This document shows, piece after piece, positions 1 to 13,514 of a stretch of 64,000 nt of DNA. Source of the DNA: Octopus vulgaris (Eukaryota). Position 1 is the stretch's first letter; every line of letters begins with the position of its first letter. The notes beneath the pieces were generated by a model, which ran no database searches, was not told where the DNA came from, and was given only the letters and a program-made list of their open reading frames with translations. A program made the position numbers and the translations under genes. The stretch lies in contig OX597819.1 in the NCBI GenBank assembly GCA_951406725.2, positions 77,438,001-77,502,000 of the forward strand, written 5' to 3'.

Positions 1-312
1 GTCTTATTGTTCCTTTCGTGTGTTTGTGTGCATGTTGTTTGTATCTGTGTGTATTGTATTAGTGCATGTCCGAATCTGTTTGAGCGCGTGTTGTGTTGTT
101 TGTGTGCATGTTCTTTGTTTATATGTTGTTGCACGTGTGTGTGTGTGTACGTTGTTTACCTGTTGCATGTGTCGTTTGTATGTTGTTGTATGTGTATGTA
201 TTCTGTGTTTGAGTGTCGGTTGCGTTTTATTAGTGTGTGGACAGTACAATTGTAATCGTATGTATGTGTTATATTTTGTTCGTCCGTAATTTACTTATAT
301 ATATATACACAG

Positions 313-1110
313 ACATGTAAGAAGTAAATAGACACCCTTATAATCATTAAAATTTATCTAAATCTGAAATTATACATTTAAATTATTTGTGAGTTGTTAT
401 AATGCGAACATTCAATATTTAGTAAACATGCTCTTTGCATTTTTCAGGCATGTTACTGATCAGACGGTGAATATTCCCTTGCAGAATTTCTTGCGAAGTT
501 CCATGCAATAATCTCAAAAGCTCTTGCTTTGAAGATGCTTCCTTGTTCTGTTTATAAAATGTCCTGTCCATTATGCCCCAAAGGTGTTCTATAGGGTTCA
601 TATCTGGTGACTGGCTTGGCTATGGAAGCTTTCTAATGTCATTCTTTTCCAACAAATATTGGGTCATTTTAACCGCGTGACAAGGAATCCCATCTTCCAT
701 AAATAGAGAGTCTTCTTTAATCATTTCACTACTGGAGAAGTTTGGACTTATGGACATATATTTATTTGAGTTTATCTTTCCCTTACACTCCACCAGCTCT
801 GATCAACCATTGCTCCAAATTGTTCTCTAGACCATCACAGAATAGCTGCTCAAATTCTTGATCACAGAGTTTCCAAAACTCACACTCAACCACTGTTAGG
901 AAATACAGCAAATCTGGACTCATCAGAGAATATGACAGTCTTCCAAATTGCTAATTGCCTCTCCTCTATCTCACTGGCCACATCTTTTCTCCGTTTCCTA
1001 TTGGCTGGTCAAAGATGTGGCTTCCTTCTTCCTGCTCTGCCATAGTAACCAAATTTGTAGAGATACCTGACAACTGCTCTGGGACTGACATCAATTTGCT
1101 CTACTATGTC
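313..1110 (-). mobile_element. Degenerate Tc1-family DNA transposon (transposase pseudogene plus probable 3' end)
   Basis: Minus strand translates to GYYGRAGRRKP...WKTVIFSDESRF...PSQSPDMNPIEHLW (Tc1 DDE motifs), with stops and frameshifts. Confidence 0.85.
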
Positions 1111-1179
1111 GGCGGCAGTGGTGGTGGCATAATTATGTTTCATTTTTGCAAATCTTAGATAATTAAATTTTAAACTGTC

Positions 1180-1386
1180 CAGACATTTCAGTTAGAAAGT
1201 GTTCAACAAGTCGACAAAGGCTCCGTGCTGTTTCCTCTACTGTACCTTACACAGACAAGACTTGCCTCAAAATCCTTGTGTTGTCCTCTGTATGATCTAT
1301 AACCTTGCATAAATTCTGATTTTATTTACAGACCTCGAAACTGTCCGATATGCATCCCAATGCTCCGATTCCCACTGGAATCACTA
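1180..1386 (-). mobile_element. 3' end of R4/Dong-like non-LTR retrotransposon (older copy)
   Basis: Minus strand reads VIPVGIGALGCI...TRILRQVLSV*, the C-terminal signature of REL-endonuclease retroelements; abuts a CAC/CAT/TAT tract. Confidence 0.6.
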
Positions 1387-1388
1387 AA

Positions 1389-1400
1389 ACCACCACCACC

Positions 1401-1434
<34 letters not shown>

Positions 1435-1488
1435 TCATCATTATTATTATTATTATCATTATTATTATTATTATCATTATTATTATTA

Positions 1489-1562
<74 letters not shown>
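1389..1562. repeat. Compound trinucleotide microsatellite (CAC)n(CAT)n(TAT)n
   Basis: Directly visible. Confidence 0.98.
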
Positions 1563-1565
<3 letters not shown>

Positions 1566-2022
1566 TAGTTTTATTTTTATAGCGTGCTTTCACTTCACTA
1601 CCGAGCGCAGCTCTGTGTGCCTTGGGTATGTGCTGTGATTTGTTGTGATGCTCTGATGGTTATTGTATGGAAAGTATTCTGCGTATGATGTGTGCAGTGC
1701 CTAGTAGTGCAATTTTCTGTATGTTATATGTGTTTGTAAGTCCTGGTGTTTTCGTTATGTATTTGTCTGAATATTTTTTATCATGCCTAATGCACCTACT
1801 ATGATAGGAATTGTTTCTGCTCTTAGATTCCACATTCTAGTTACCTCTATTTCCAGGTTTTTGTATTTTGAAAGTTTCTCTATTTCTTTTAGAGACACGT
1901 TGTCATCTGCTGGTATTGATACATCAATTAGAAAGCATTTTTTCTTCATGATCTCTGACAACTATATCTGGTCTGTTGGCCTTGATTTTTCTATCTGTGT
2001 GTATCGGCATATCCCAGAGTAT
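1563..2022 (-). mobile_element. 5'-truncated R4/Dong-clade non-LTR retrotransposon (restriction-enzyme-like endonuclease and 3' UTR)
   Basis: ILWDMPIHTDR..IKANRPDIVVRD..KCFLIDVSIPADDNVSLKEIEKLSKYKNLEIEVTRMW..IPIIVGALG (PD..D..K..KY REL motif); flanked on both sides by (TTA)n, the known Dong target. Confidence 0.88.
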
Positions 2023-2023
2023 G

Positions 2024-2074
<51 letters not shown>

Positions 2075-2200
2075 GAGTGAGAGCAGTGCATGCCATCAAA
2101 GTGACACTGGGGTAAAATATACGAAGCCCAGTATAACCAACATGACTACTCGTCTGATAAGGATACACTATGCACATGCATCACAACCAGATGCGCGCAA
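2075..2200 (-). mobile_element. Short interspersed repeat attached to a (TTA)n tract, probably another TAA-targeting retroelement tail
   Basis: gagtgagagcagtgcatgccatcaaagtgacactgggg... directly follows (TTA)n; recalled as a frequent octopus repeat; orientation inferred. Confidence 0.45.
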
Positions 2201-2957
2201 CGGATGGTGAGCAGCAGGAAAAAATGTGGAATAAGCGAGAGGAAGAAAGCGGTGGAGAGTGTGTATTTTGGAGAATTAGAACGAATGGTAGCACGCATAA
2301 GGCGGTAGGAAGTGGTACGGAGTATGGGTAGGATGGCAGAAGCAAAATGGAAAGTGGGGTGGAAATGGATGCGGAAACTTTTGGAAATGAGGTGGTGGTG
2401 ATGGCAGTGACTGAGAAAGAAAGATGACAGAAGTTTTTTTTTTAAGAAGTAGGGAAAGATTAATAGAAGGTTGAAAGCAGCAGAATGGAAGCATGAAAAG
2501 GTGGTTTTTTTTAGGCGGTGATGAAGGTGGAGGAGGAAGGATTTGTAATTAAGCATGCCGGAAAAAGGAGAAAAGAAAAGGGGAAAGGGGGAGGAGAAAA
2601 GTGAGAAAAGGTGGGAAAAGTAAAAAAGGAAAAAGGAAAAGAGAAAAAAGGAAGAAGAAAAGAAAAAAGAAGAAAAAAGAAAAATGTAAAAGAGGAGAGA
2701 GAAAGGCAAAGTATGAAAGTAGGGAGTATAGAAGTTCAGAAAGTTCAAAAAGTTCAAGAGTCGTGGTAGATTGGAGCGATACACATCAACGAAAAAAATC
2801 CAGTGAAATCAGTGAAGGTAGAGTCGATAGATCCAGTGGTAATCCGGGTGGAGTGCTGGTAATCCGGGTGGATGAGAAGAGGTACTGGAAGTTCGGGAAG
2901 TGGTTCAGATATGCAAGTCCAAAGAGTAGGAAGTTCAGTCAGTGAGCGTGTAATATA

Positions 2958-3030
2958 TAGTTGAAATTTATAGAAAAAAAAAAGACGAAGACGGGTGTTT
3001 GAACAACAAACAGGTGTATTAGTTTGACGA
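2958..3030 (-). mobile_element. Penelope-like terminal fragment
   Basis: agttgaaattt..aaaagacgaagac..gtgtattagtttgacg matches the copies at 14712 and 17082. Confidence 0.65.
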
Positions 3031-3329
3031 ATCAATCTTCTAGAGATTCCTTCATTAATTCATATGCCTGCCAAATTTCGTTGCTGCTGCTGCTACTGCT
3101 AGCTCTGCCTCATCTCTGATTGAAAGGGCCTAATGATAAACAGCTTTCATGACCCAAATTGTTATTTTTTTCTGAATACTATCGAGCAGACCCTTACGGG
3201 ATATGTTTCCTTTTAAAATAATTAATTACAAAAGAAGCAGATCTCCAGCTTGCCTGCCGACGATATAATTGCATGTCCTTTTATGCACCACGAATGCTCA
3301 TGAGAGATTCTCTTAGGGTAAATAACGCA

Positions 3330-3441
3330 TACTCTTTTACTTGTTTCAGGCATGTGACTGTGGCCATGCTGGAGCACCGCCTTTAGTCGAGCAAATCGAC
3401 CCCAGGACTTATTCTTTGTAAGCCTAGTACGTATTCTATCG
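3330..3441 (-). mobile_element. SINE family A, 3' fragment
   Basis: Reverse complement of the 3' part of the full copy at 52711-53135. Confidence 0.85.
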
Positions 3442-3444
3442 GGA

Positions 3445-3620
3445 GTAAGTCGATTATATCGACCCCAGTGCTCAACTGCTCAAGTGATACTTATTTTGTG
3501 GCCCCCGAAAGAACGAAAGGCAAAGTCGAACTCTGTGGAATTTGAAGTCAGAACGTAAAGACAGATATAATGCTGCAAAGTTTTTTGCTCAGGTTGCTAA
3601 CAATTCTGCCAGCTCACCTT
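3445..3620 (-). mobile_element. SINE family B (Deu/Nin-domain-like), diverged
   Basis: Reverse complement of 47281-47496 (gactttgcctttc..ggggtcgat). Confidence 0.8.
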
Positions 3621-3628
3621 ATATACAT

Positions 3629-3670
<42 letters not shown>

Positions 3671-3674
3671 ATAC

Positions 3675-4066
3675 ATCTTTTATCTTTTAGTTGTTTCAGC
3701 GGCGATGCTGGAGCACCGTCTTGAAGAATTTTTAGTCGAATGAATCGAACCCAGTACTTATTTTTTAAAGCCTGGTACTTATTCTATCCGTCTCTTTGCC
3801 TGACCGCTAAGTTACGGGCGTGCCAACACACCAGCACCAGTTGTTAAAAGGTGGGGTGGTGCAATCACCGATACAAGGACACACACATAGATATATACAT
3901 GATATATACGATGGACTTCTTTCAGTTTCCATCTACTAAATCTATTCACAGTGCCTTGGTCGAGACTATAGTAGAAGGCTCTTGCCCATTATGCCACGCA
4001 GTGGGATTGACCCTGGAACCATGTGGTTGGGAAGCAAGCTTTTTACCACACAGCTACGCCTGCGCT
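3675..4066 (-). mobile_element. SINE family A, near full length
   Basis: Aligns by eye to 52711-53135 in reverse. Confidence 0.88.
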
Positions 4067-4459
<393 letters not shown>

Positions 4460-5003
4460 CTTTGATTTCGCTATTGACATGATGGTTCAAACGATTTAAC
4501 TCTTTCAAATAAAGTCTCACACTAATCTCTTGGGATAAATGAATGCTATGAACAATCAATGACTGCATTTTATAAAAAATATTTTATAGATTTTAAAAAA
4601 TTTAAAACACTGGGATTTGTTTCCTCATTCAGCGGATTACATATGAAGAATAATATCAATATATCAAGATGATATGAATATTTAAGAACAACTTCATATA
4701 AAAGAAAATTTAATATGAATTTAATATAATATATATAATGATATAAAGATATCATGATATAAAGATATAAAGATACGACGATTATAAAAGCTTTTATTTC
4801 TTCAAAAGAATTTACTATTTTTAATATTTAATTCACGTCTTGTTTTTCCAGGCAGAGACTGTACATGACTACATTGTGTCCAACGTTCCAGTGACTATGT
4901 AGAGGCTTCCATGCCGAAATGTTAGCGTCCTTGGTGTCGTCTTGTTTTGTTTTGTTTAGCTCAGGATCTCGTCAGTATCTCGTCGCTTTCACACCGTGTA
5001 TCT

Positions 5004-5072
5004 AGTGATGGTGGTGGTGGTGGTGGTGGTGGTAGTAGTAGCAGCAGCAGCAGCAGCAGTAGTAGTAGTTGC

Positions 5073-5141
<69 letters not shown>

Positions 5142-5259
5142 GGTGGTGGTGGTGGTGGTGGTGGTGGTGGTGGTAGTGGTGTTGGTGATGGTTATGGTAG
5201 TGGTGGTGGTGGTGGTGGTGGTGGTGGTGGTGGTGGTGGTGGTGGTGGTAGCAGCAGGT

Positions 5260-5320
<61 letters not shown>

Positions 5321-5334
5321 ATAATAGTAGTAAT
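5004..5334. repeat. Compound (GGT)n(GCA)n(GTA)n microsatellite
   Basis: Directly visible. Confidence 0.97.
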
Positions 5335-5483
5335 GAGACTTAAACATTCAATTTTCAACAACTTATTAAAACATTCTACTCCATCATACAATTGCTCTAG
5401 ATCCCAGTTGCTCACTCTTCAAAACCTAGGTTCCAGAGAAACCTTATATACCGACCTTTAGACAAAGCGATAGAACTCTGCAC

Positions 5484-5827
5484 TATTCTTTTATTCTTTT
5501 ATTTGTTTCAGTCATTTGACTGCAGCCATGCTGGAGCACCACCTTTAGTCGAACAAATATACCCTAGGACTTATTCTTTAAAAGCCTAGTACTTATTCTA
5601 TCGGTCTCTTTTGCCGAACCGCTAGATAACGGGGACGTAAACACACCAACATTAGTTGTCAAGCGATGGTGGGGGGACAAATGACGGGCTTCTTTCCGTT
5701 TCCGTCTACCAAATCCACTCACAAGGCTTTGGTCGGCCCGAGGCTATAGGTGCCACGCAGTGGGACTGAACCCGGAACCATGTGGTTGGGAAACAAGCTT
5801 CTTACAACACAGCCACGCCTACGCCTA
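5484..5827 (-). mobile_element. SINE family A with internal deletions
   Basis: Reverse complement of family consensus; lacks the internal TA tract. Confidence 0.88.
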
Positions 5828-6114
5828 CAAGAATAAATGCAAACAAGATGGCATTCGTGTACAAACACTACAGAACAGAGAAGTCAGCTCACAACATCAT
5901 TTCACTAAATATTTACTGAAGAATTGGTCCTATATATATATATAAAAACCAGCTTAGAGAAGAAGAAGAAACGAAACCAAACCAAACGAATCGAATCGAC
6001 GCGAAGGCGCTCAGTCATACAATAGTGTAATAAATAAAATATATGCATACATACAAACATATATGTACGTACCTACATCTACATGTATATATACATGCAT
6101 ATATAACTATATAT

Positions 6115-6303
6115 ACGTGTGTACAGGACACCACAAATAGACGTAGAACTCAACGAGAAACGAAAACGTAAAAACAGCATGGAACGGACCATTTTTTTAA
6201 CAACGAAAAAACAGGGTACAAGACAACTACACAAGGAAAATTCCTCTTCATCAGCTGTCCTAGTTCAACTCCAGCGTCACCTTCGAAACACGCTGGAGTT
6301 AAG
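6115..6303 (-). mobile_element. Probable Penelope-like terminal fragment with inverted junction
   Basis: Next to a TA-rich tract; minus strand contains CTGATGAAG; 11 bp inverted repeat at 6267-6300. Confidence 0.5.
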
Positions 6304-7926
6304 GATTAAAGATTTAAAATTACGAATTAAAATTTAAGAATAAAAATTTTACTTTGTAATATTAAGAATTTAAATTTATAAATGATATTTATAAATATGA
6401 ATTAGTATATATATCAATCATGTAAAATCAAGTATATGTCAAATACAGAATGTGAGATATAAGATTAAACATCAGAATAAAAATGTTTATGTTTAAATGT
6501 GATATATAACAAGAAAAATTCAAATAAATATCTTCCTTCTTTTTTTTTTTTTTTTTTTTGGTACTAAAATGGTGATTTCCTCAAATCTATTTTTCAAAAT
6601 TCAGATGTATTAAGAAATGAGTGTAATGGATTTTTAATGCATTTTCCGTGGTGCTACTTTAGTCTCTCTTTAGTTCTTTGTTCTATACCCAAGGACCTTT
6701 ATTAGACACTTGCCATTGTCTCGAACAAGTATTGTATATATATGTGTCTGTTTCATATCTAAGGTCAACAAAAGGGCAAATTATCCGAAACAAGGTTTCG
6801 TTCAATAGGCCTTTTCATCGACTATATACATCATCGGATGAATAAAAATTATTATCAACAGTTTATATTACGTGCGTTCATATAATAACACGGTCGTTGA
6901 TATCAGTTACTTTATTATGCATCATTAGTATCAGTTTTGAGATTCGTGAGAAAGGATTTGAGTATGTGTCATAATAATAATAATACGAAGTTTTTCTGTA
7001 AGATACAAGTTGCAATATTTGTTATTCATTTCTAAACATCGGTGCTTTATCTGCTATCGTTGGTAGTGACACTTGTCTCTTTTCATCTTCGATACTTTCT
7101 TTTAGTCTGCTTCCTCCAGGTACCTGTGATTAATGAGTATACTGAGTAGAATTTTAAATGTGCTCTGTAAGTTCAAAACAGTTAATGTATTATTTGTGAA
7201 TATATCAGGATGGTATGCAATATTTTTCTAGGAATTTACCCTTTGTTTATAGATATACTTCGGTAATTTCATGCTGACTCCTTTTACTTTAGCTTGTTTG
7301 CAATAATTTAGTATTTGACTCTCAATGGCTTCTGGCATGTTTTGCATAAAACTGTGGACTCAAAGTGAGTAAAGGTACTTGTTTTTACCATGAATTTATA
7401 TGGTGGTGTTAATATTTCTTTTCGTGTATTTTTAAAACGACTGCTACTTATTGTCGGCGATTACTTAGTCCCTTCATGATATCAGTTGTGTATTAATCGT
7501 AGGAGAGTTCTTTTTCATGAACCTCAAGACAATCCTGCTTATTCACGACTAATTGTGACTAACGTTAACATCTATGTAAATTATATGAAAGCCCCACAAC
7601 CATAATATAAACCGCGAATAATTTCATCTTAATTTGCTGATGTATACAGCCGTCAACGGCTCCATTAAATGACATCTTTGTCCCTATGAGTAATTATGAT
7701 TACATAAGACAATCTTTTAAACTCTAAGCAATTTTAACAGAAGAGAGTGTACAGCACATTTAAGTTTAAGTACAAATTAATAAATGCCTGTGTTCATGTG
7801 TGTATGTCTCTCTATCTATTGTGTATACATATATCTATGTGCCTCTGAAATTACATCTCTCTCTTTCTCTCCCTTTCTCTCTCTCTCTCTCTCTATCTAT
7901 CTCTCTTTCTCTCTCTCTCTATCTCT

Positions 7927-7982
<56 letters not shown>

Positions 7983-8358
7983 AAATATATATGTATGCAG
8001 GTTAGTGTTTGTATGTATGTATATAGCAATCCATTTATGTCTATCTAGATATATCTATGTAATATGGATGTGTCTGTGTATACCTCTTTACACACACACA
8101 CACACATGCGCACACACACACACACACGCAAACGCACGCACGCACAACACAACAGGTACAACTACACAGGTATATTGTCAATAAGCAAGTAAATGCTCTC
8201 CGTAGCCTTTCGCCATTACTTTCCGTAATCCAAAGATTTTAATCAAATCGCGAAACATCTACCACCCAGCCTTTTACCATTTTCCCCAATAACCAGCTCC
8301 AGCCCCTTCACGATAACATCACATTTGTCTATGGCCAGCAGAGATTAAGAATACTTAC

Positions 8359-8468
8359 ACAAGAATTTGTTGCGATGCAGTGATCTTCGGTCCGTATGAT
8401 AGCATCAGGCACTTCGTCTCAAGGTCGTGGTGCTTGTAGGCCATTCGCTGCTAATCGGTGTACGTGAT
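8359..8468 (-). other. Candidate exon (110 nt) with possible start codon, MAYKHHDLETKCLMLSYGPKITASQQIL
   Basis: Unique, GC-richer, CpG-containing island; minus-strand acceptor catttcatccatttaccaaAG, ATG at 8444, consensus donor GTAAGT at 8358-8353. No homology recognised. Confidence 0.3.
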
Positions 8469-8824
8469 CTTTGGTAAATGGATGAAATGAGTAGACACAT
8501 GTTTGCTCTCCACAGTTAAAAACATATGCATTTAAGTACATGTATATAATTATTTAGTTTTTTATGCATGATATATTTGTACATGTGTATGTATGTATGT
8601 ATGTATGCGCGCACGTAGATATGTGTGCGTGTATGTGTATGTGTATGTGTGCGTGCATGTCTGTGTGCATGTCAAAGAATTTCGTCTTCTTTCATTGGTA
8701 TATATATACATATATATACATACATACATTCATACATAGATATGTATGAGCATATGAGCATATATTTTATCTCTCTCTCTTTCTCTATCTATCTATCTAT
8801 CTCTCCCTCGCTCCCTCTCTCTGA

Positions 8825-8859
<35 letters not shown>

Positions 8860-9286
8860 TGTATGTATGTATGTATGTGTGTGTGTGTATGTATGTATGC
8901 GTGTATGTAATAAAAGAATCGATAAGATATATAGATAGCGTTAAGCGTGCAGAGTTACCATTAAGTATCTGGGTAAATTGGCTACAATGTTTACCATGGT
9001 TCGCTGAAATATGTGACAGATGCATGGCACAGTTGTAGCTAAATGGAGACAAGAAGTTGTTTCGATTCCTACAAAGGGAGACCACTTCACTGCGTTGATT
9101 TCAATGTCATTTGAAAATATAAACACCAGAACGATTCAGTTCGTGTTTCTGTCACCTCTACCGCATATATTTTTTCTCTAATAACAAAAGACGTGCTGCT
9201 TTTCTTGTTGTTTAACACCAGCTTAGCGCTGATTGAACGAACCCATGATACAAGGTACCCAAATCGTGACTATTCTGTTTGTGTCA

Positions 9287-9658
9287 TACTCTTTTATTTG
9301 TTTCAGTCATTTGACTGCGACCATGCTGGAGCACCGCCTTCAATCGAGCAAATCGACCCCAGGACTTATTCTTTGTAAGCCTAGTACTTATTATATCGGT
9401 TGTCAAGCGATGTTGGGGGGGGGGACAAACACAGACACACAGACACAAACACAGACACACATATATATATATATATATATACATACATATACACGTATAC
9501 GACGGGTTTCTTTCAGTTTCCGTCTACCAAATCCACTCACAAGGCTTTGGTCGACCCGAGGCTATTGTAGAAGACACCTGCCCAAGGTGCCACACAGTGG
9601 GACTGAACACGGAACCATGTGGTTGGTAAGCAAGCTACTTACCACACAGCCACTCCTC

Positions 9659-9661
<3 letters not shown>
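9287..9661 (-). mobile_element. SINE family A
   Basis: Reverse complement of family consensus with internal (TA)n. Confidence 0.9.
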
Positions 9662-9694
<33 letters not shown>

Positions 9695-9713
9695 TGTGTG
9701 CGCGCGTGCGTGC

Positions 9714-9799
<86 letters not shown>

Positions 9800-9968
9800 G
9801 TGTGAGTGACTACTTGTCCAGGATACGAGTCATTTTTCAAGACGTAGGGAATGAACCGAGCAGAATTAACTCCTGTTACTATCCAGTCAAGGACTACGCA
9901 AAAGTTCCTTCGCTTACTTAAATACTAGTAGTAAGTAGTTGCTGATGTTGTTGTCGTCGTCACCGTCG

Positions 9969-10018
<50 letters not shown>

Positions 10019-10816
10019 GTGATTGTTGCTTAGTCTCAAATCAAAGATGATTAAAAAGAACTCCGCTCAAAAATGTTCGGGACGCGATCATCCTATGTAT
10101 TTCTAAGCCGAAATATATCGAAGAAGAAAATTCCCCGGTATGCACTTTATTTCTGAGAGAATAGTGTGTGAATTCAGGGAGGGTTGGTTACTTTAACACG
10201 AGGACCGTTTCTGAAGCTGTTGTATAGAGTAGATTTACTTAATTGCAGACGGCCTCCATGGCTTACAGATCGAATAAAAACTAAAACAATGCATATGTAT
10301 CGATATGTCAAATAAATGGAACACGGCCACGACACGCTTCTTTCGGTTTCCGTGTTCCAAATCCAGTCGCGAGGTTTCGATCGGCGCGAGGCTATTTGGG
10401 CAGCAAACTTTTTACCACACAGCCACGGAGTTGTTGGTGTTGTGTTTATTCAACGGTTTACAATTGTTTCAATAACGCATAAGTGACAAATCATATACTT
10501 GAAGACGTGGGAAAAAACAATGATACTATCATACCAATTTTACTAAGGAATATAAAAATTGGTGCCTGAGATATTATACCCTTTTTTTTTTTTTTTAGGT
10601 AAGTTTTGATCTCCGATTCTAAATATACCATTAATTTAGGTGGGGGCTCCATCACTTCTGGTTACACTGGAGATATGATATTCCCTTAATTTGAATGCAT
10701 ACGACAGATCGAACACTCGCAATGATATCTACAAATCATTGTTTTTGCCTTCTGGGTTAATAAAACGAATTCATACACGTAGATTTCTTTTATTTATGAA
10801 GAATTTATAACAGAGA

Positions 10817-11635
10817 ATAAGATAATTAATGAAACAAGCATAGAAAGTTATCATTGATACACTGTTCATTTACTCAGATAGCTCACAAACTTCTTGCGGT
10901 GAGCTGCGCCAGGGCAATCACTTTGAATAGATCAGCAGTAATCTGCCATCAGTTGGGTATCCCAGTGTCCCCAGTGTCTTTCTTCCATAGTTCTTAAATC
11001 GTGTTGGAATTGTTCACCATGTTCTTCATTTATAAGATAATTAATGAAACAAGCATAGAAAGTTGTCATTGATACACTGTACATTCACTCAGATAGCTCA
11101 CAAACTTCTTGCGGTGAGCTGCGCCAGGGCAATCATTTTCAATAGATCAGCAGTAATCTGCCATCAGTTGGGTATCCCAGTGCCCCCAGTGTCTTTCTTC
11201 CATAGTTCTTAAATCGTGTTGGAATCGTTCACCATGCTCTTCATTTAGGTTTTCTGGGAAAAGTGGCTGTGGAGATAATGCACTTTGATGCTCATTGTAC
11301 AGTCAAGTTGACGGGAAGAAGATAGCGTTCTCTCAACAAGCTCAGTGTAATTGTCTGCTTTATAGTTCCCAAGAAAATTCTGTACAACCTTAGTGAAAGA
11401 AGATCATGCATCTGCCTCAGCATTGTTCATTAAATCTTTGAAATGTGGATTTGCGGACCTTCAAAAATACCTGCACTTAGCTTCTCCATGCTCAGCGCTG
11501 GAAATTCTCTGCAGATGTAGCTAAAGCATCTCCCCTCTTTGTTCAGAGCCTTTATAAACTGTTTCATTAAACCTAATTTGATGTGCAGTGGTGGTAAAAT
11601 GATCTTATTCTGGTCAATGCTCATCCTTGGTTGTT
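10817..11635 (-). mobile_element. DNA transposase relic, probably CMC superfamily (Chapaev3-like)
   Basis: IILPPLHIKLGLMKQFIKAL..GIFEGPQI..CTMSIKVHYLHSH..EHGERFQHDLRTMEER..LMADYC motif series; disrupted. Family name recalled, not searched. Confidence 0.75.
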
Positions 11636-12146
11636 TTCTGTGTGAGTTTTTTTGGTATCCTTTGTGTCACACAATTTCACATCTTGTGTCACGCATAAAA
11701 ATATGTTTTAGTTAAGGGGAGACTGTAGTTGGCTTGTTAAAAAGACTAAAACATTAAGCTTAAATTTCAGTTTGATTTTACTTGTCAGATTCCCTTGCTG
11801 TTCCTTAAGTTGACTTTAAGTTCAAGACGCCTGTAGTTCGAAATCTTTTGTACAATACATTTGAAGGTTTAGAGTCACGGGAGAAAGGTTTCTTCTCTTT
11901 TGTTTAAGGTATGACTTAATAGTGTTGAGAAAGACATATTCATTATGTGTACAATATGCCACGAGAAATCTATATAAAAGATACTTGCCTCATATACCAC
12001 GAACTTGGATCGAACTCAGTATCATGAGATTACGAATCGGACATCTTAACCTTTTTGGCTGTATGCTTGTATGTATGTCCACATACATATATGCGTACAG
12101 GCATGTATACATTCACACATTTACATATATATACATACATACATAC

Positions 12147-12177
<31 letters not shown>

Positions 12178-12433
12178 CATACATACATACATGCAAACAC
12201 ACATACATACATACATACATACATACATACATACATACATACATACATACATACATACATACATACATACATACATACATACCCTGTTGTTGAAATTCCA
12301 ATGAAGGAGCCTTGGATTTAGTTTAGAAACCGACTCTGTCTCTATTGGCAAGAAATTGGCACTAAAACTGAATAATGATATACATACATACATATATACT
12401 TACATACTTACATAGATACATACATACATACAC

Positions 12434-12466
<33 letters not shown>

Positions 12467-13372
12467 CATGCATACATACATACATACATACATACATACA
12501 TACATACACGCACACATACATACATACATGTATACATACATGCATGCATACATACATACTTACATACATACATACATACACACACACACATACATACACA
12601 CACACACACACACATACATACATACATACATACATACATACATACATACACACATGCATATATACATACATACATACACACACACATACATACATACACA
12701 CATACATATATACATACATACACACACATATGCATGAGTGCAGCAAGCATACTTTCATTCATGTCTGCACGTATCTTTGCATTTCAATGTTGAACTGCAT
12801 GCACACACGTTCATTGAGACACATGTACGCGCACGGTCATATGTTTAGATGTCACATGTCTTCAAATATGAGCAGACGTGTCTACACGCTTAGCTTCGTC
12901 CAACTCGGTAAATCCATGTTTAAATAAACATCAATCTATAAACATTTGATTATAATTTCGTCTCATATTTCTGTCCATAAATTCCTGTTCGCTTAATATA
13001 AGACATTTGTTTTCACTGTTATTGTTTGTTTTGTAATTTTCTGTGCAATGAGGGGAGGGGGAGGGTTTTCAAATATGTAAAAACGCGCACGTATTCAAGA
13101 ACGCGCGCGCGCGCAAACACACACACACACACACACACATAGACATGCTCATACACATACATACATACATACGTACATACATACATACATACATACATAC
13201 ATACATACATACATACAAAAATACATGTGTGAACGCGTATATTTGCGCGTGAATGTGTGTGCATGAATCTTTGATATGTGCTAACGCACGAACGAAACTG
13301 TAACTTGTACCGATTAATACAAAAATATACATACTCTTGTTTTAAGTTCTATTTTCCAGTTAATACGACAAC

Positions 13373-13433
<61 letters not shown>

Positions 13434-13514
13434 CATACATACATACATACATACATACATACATACATACATACATACATACATACATACATACATACAT
13501 ACATACATACATAC

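Noticed and set aside
2146-2945. Long Phe/Leu-rich and Lys/Arg-rich ORFs
   Set aside because: They arise from a purine-rich low-complexity tract; no recognisable domain.
7105-7370. Plus-strand splice-like signals (ttttag, ctccag, gtgagt)
   Set aside because: The enclosed sequence is AT-rich and stop-rich; such signals are expected by chance.
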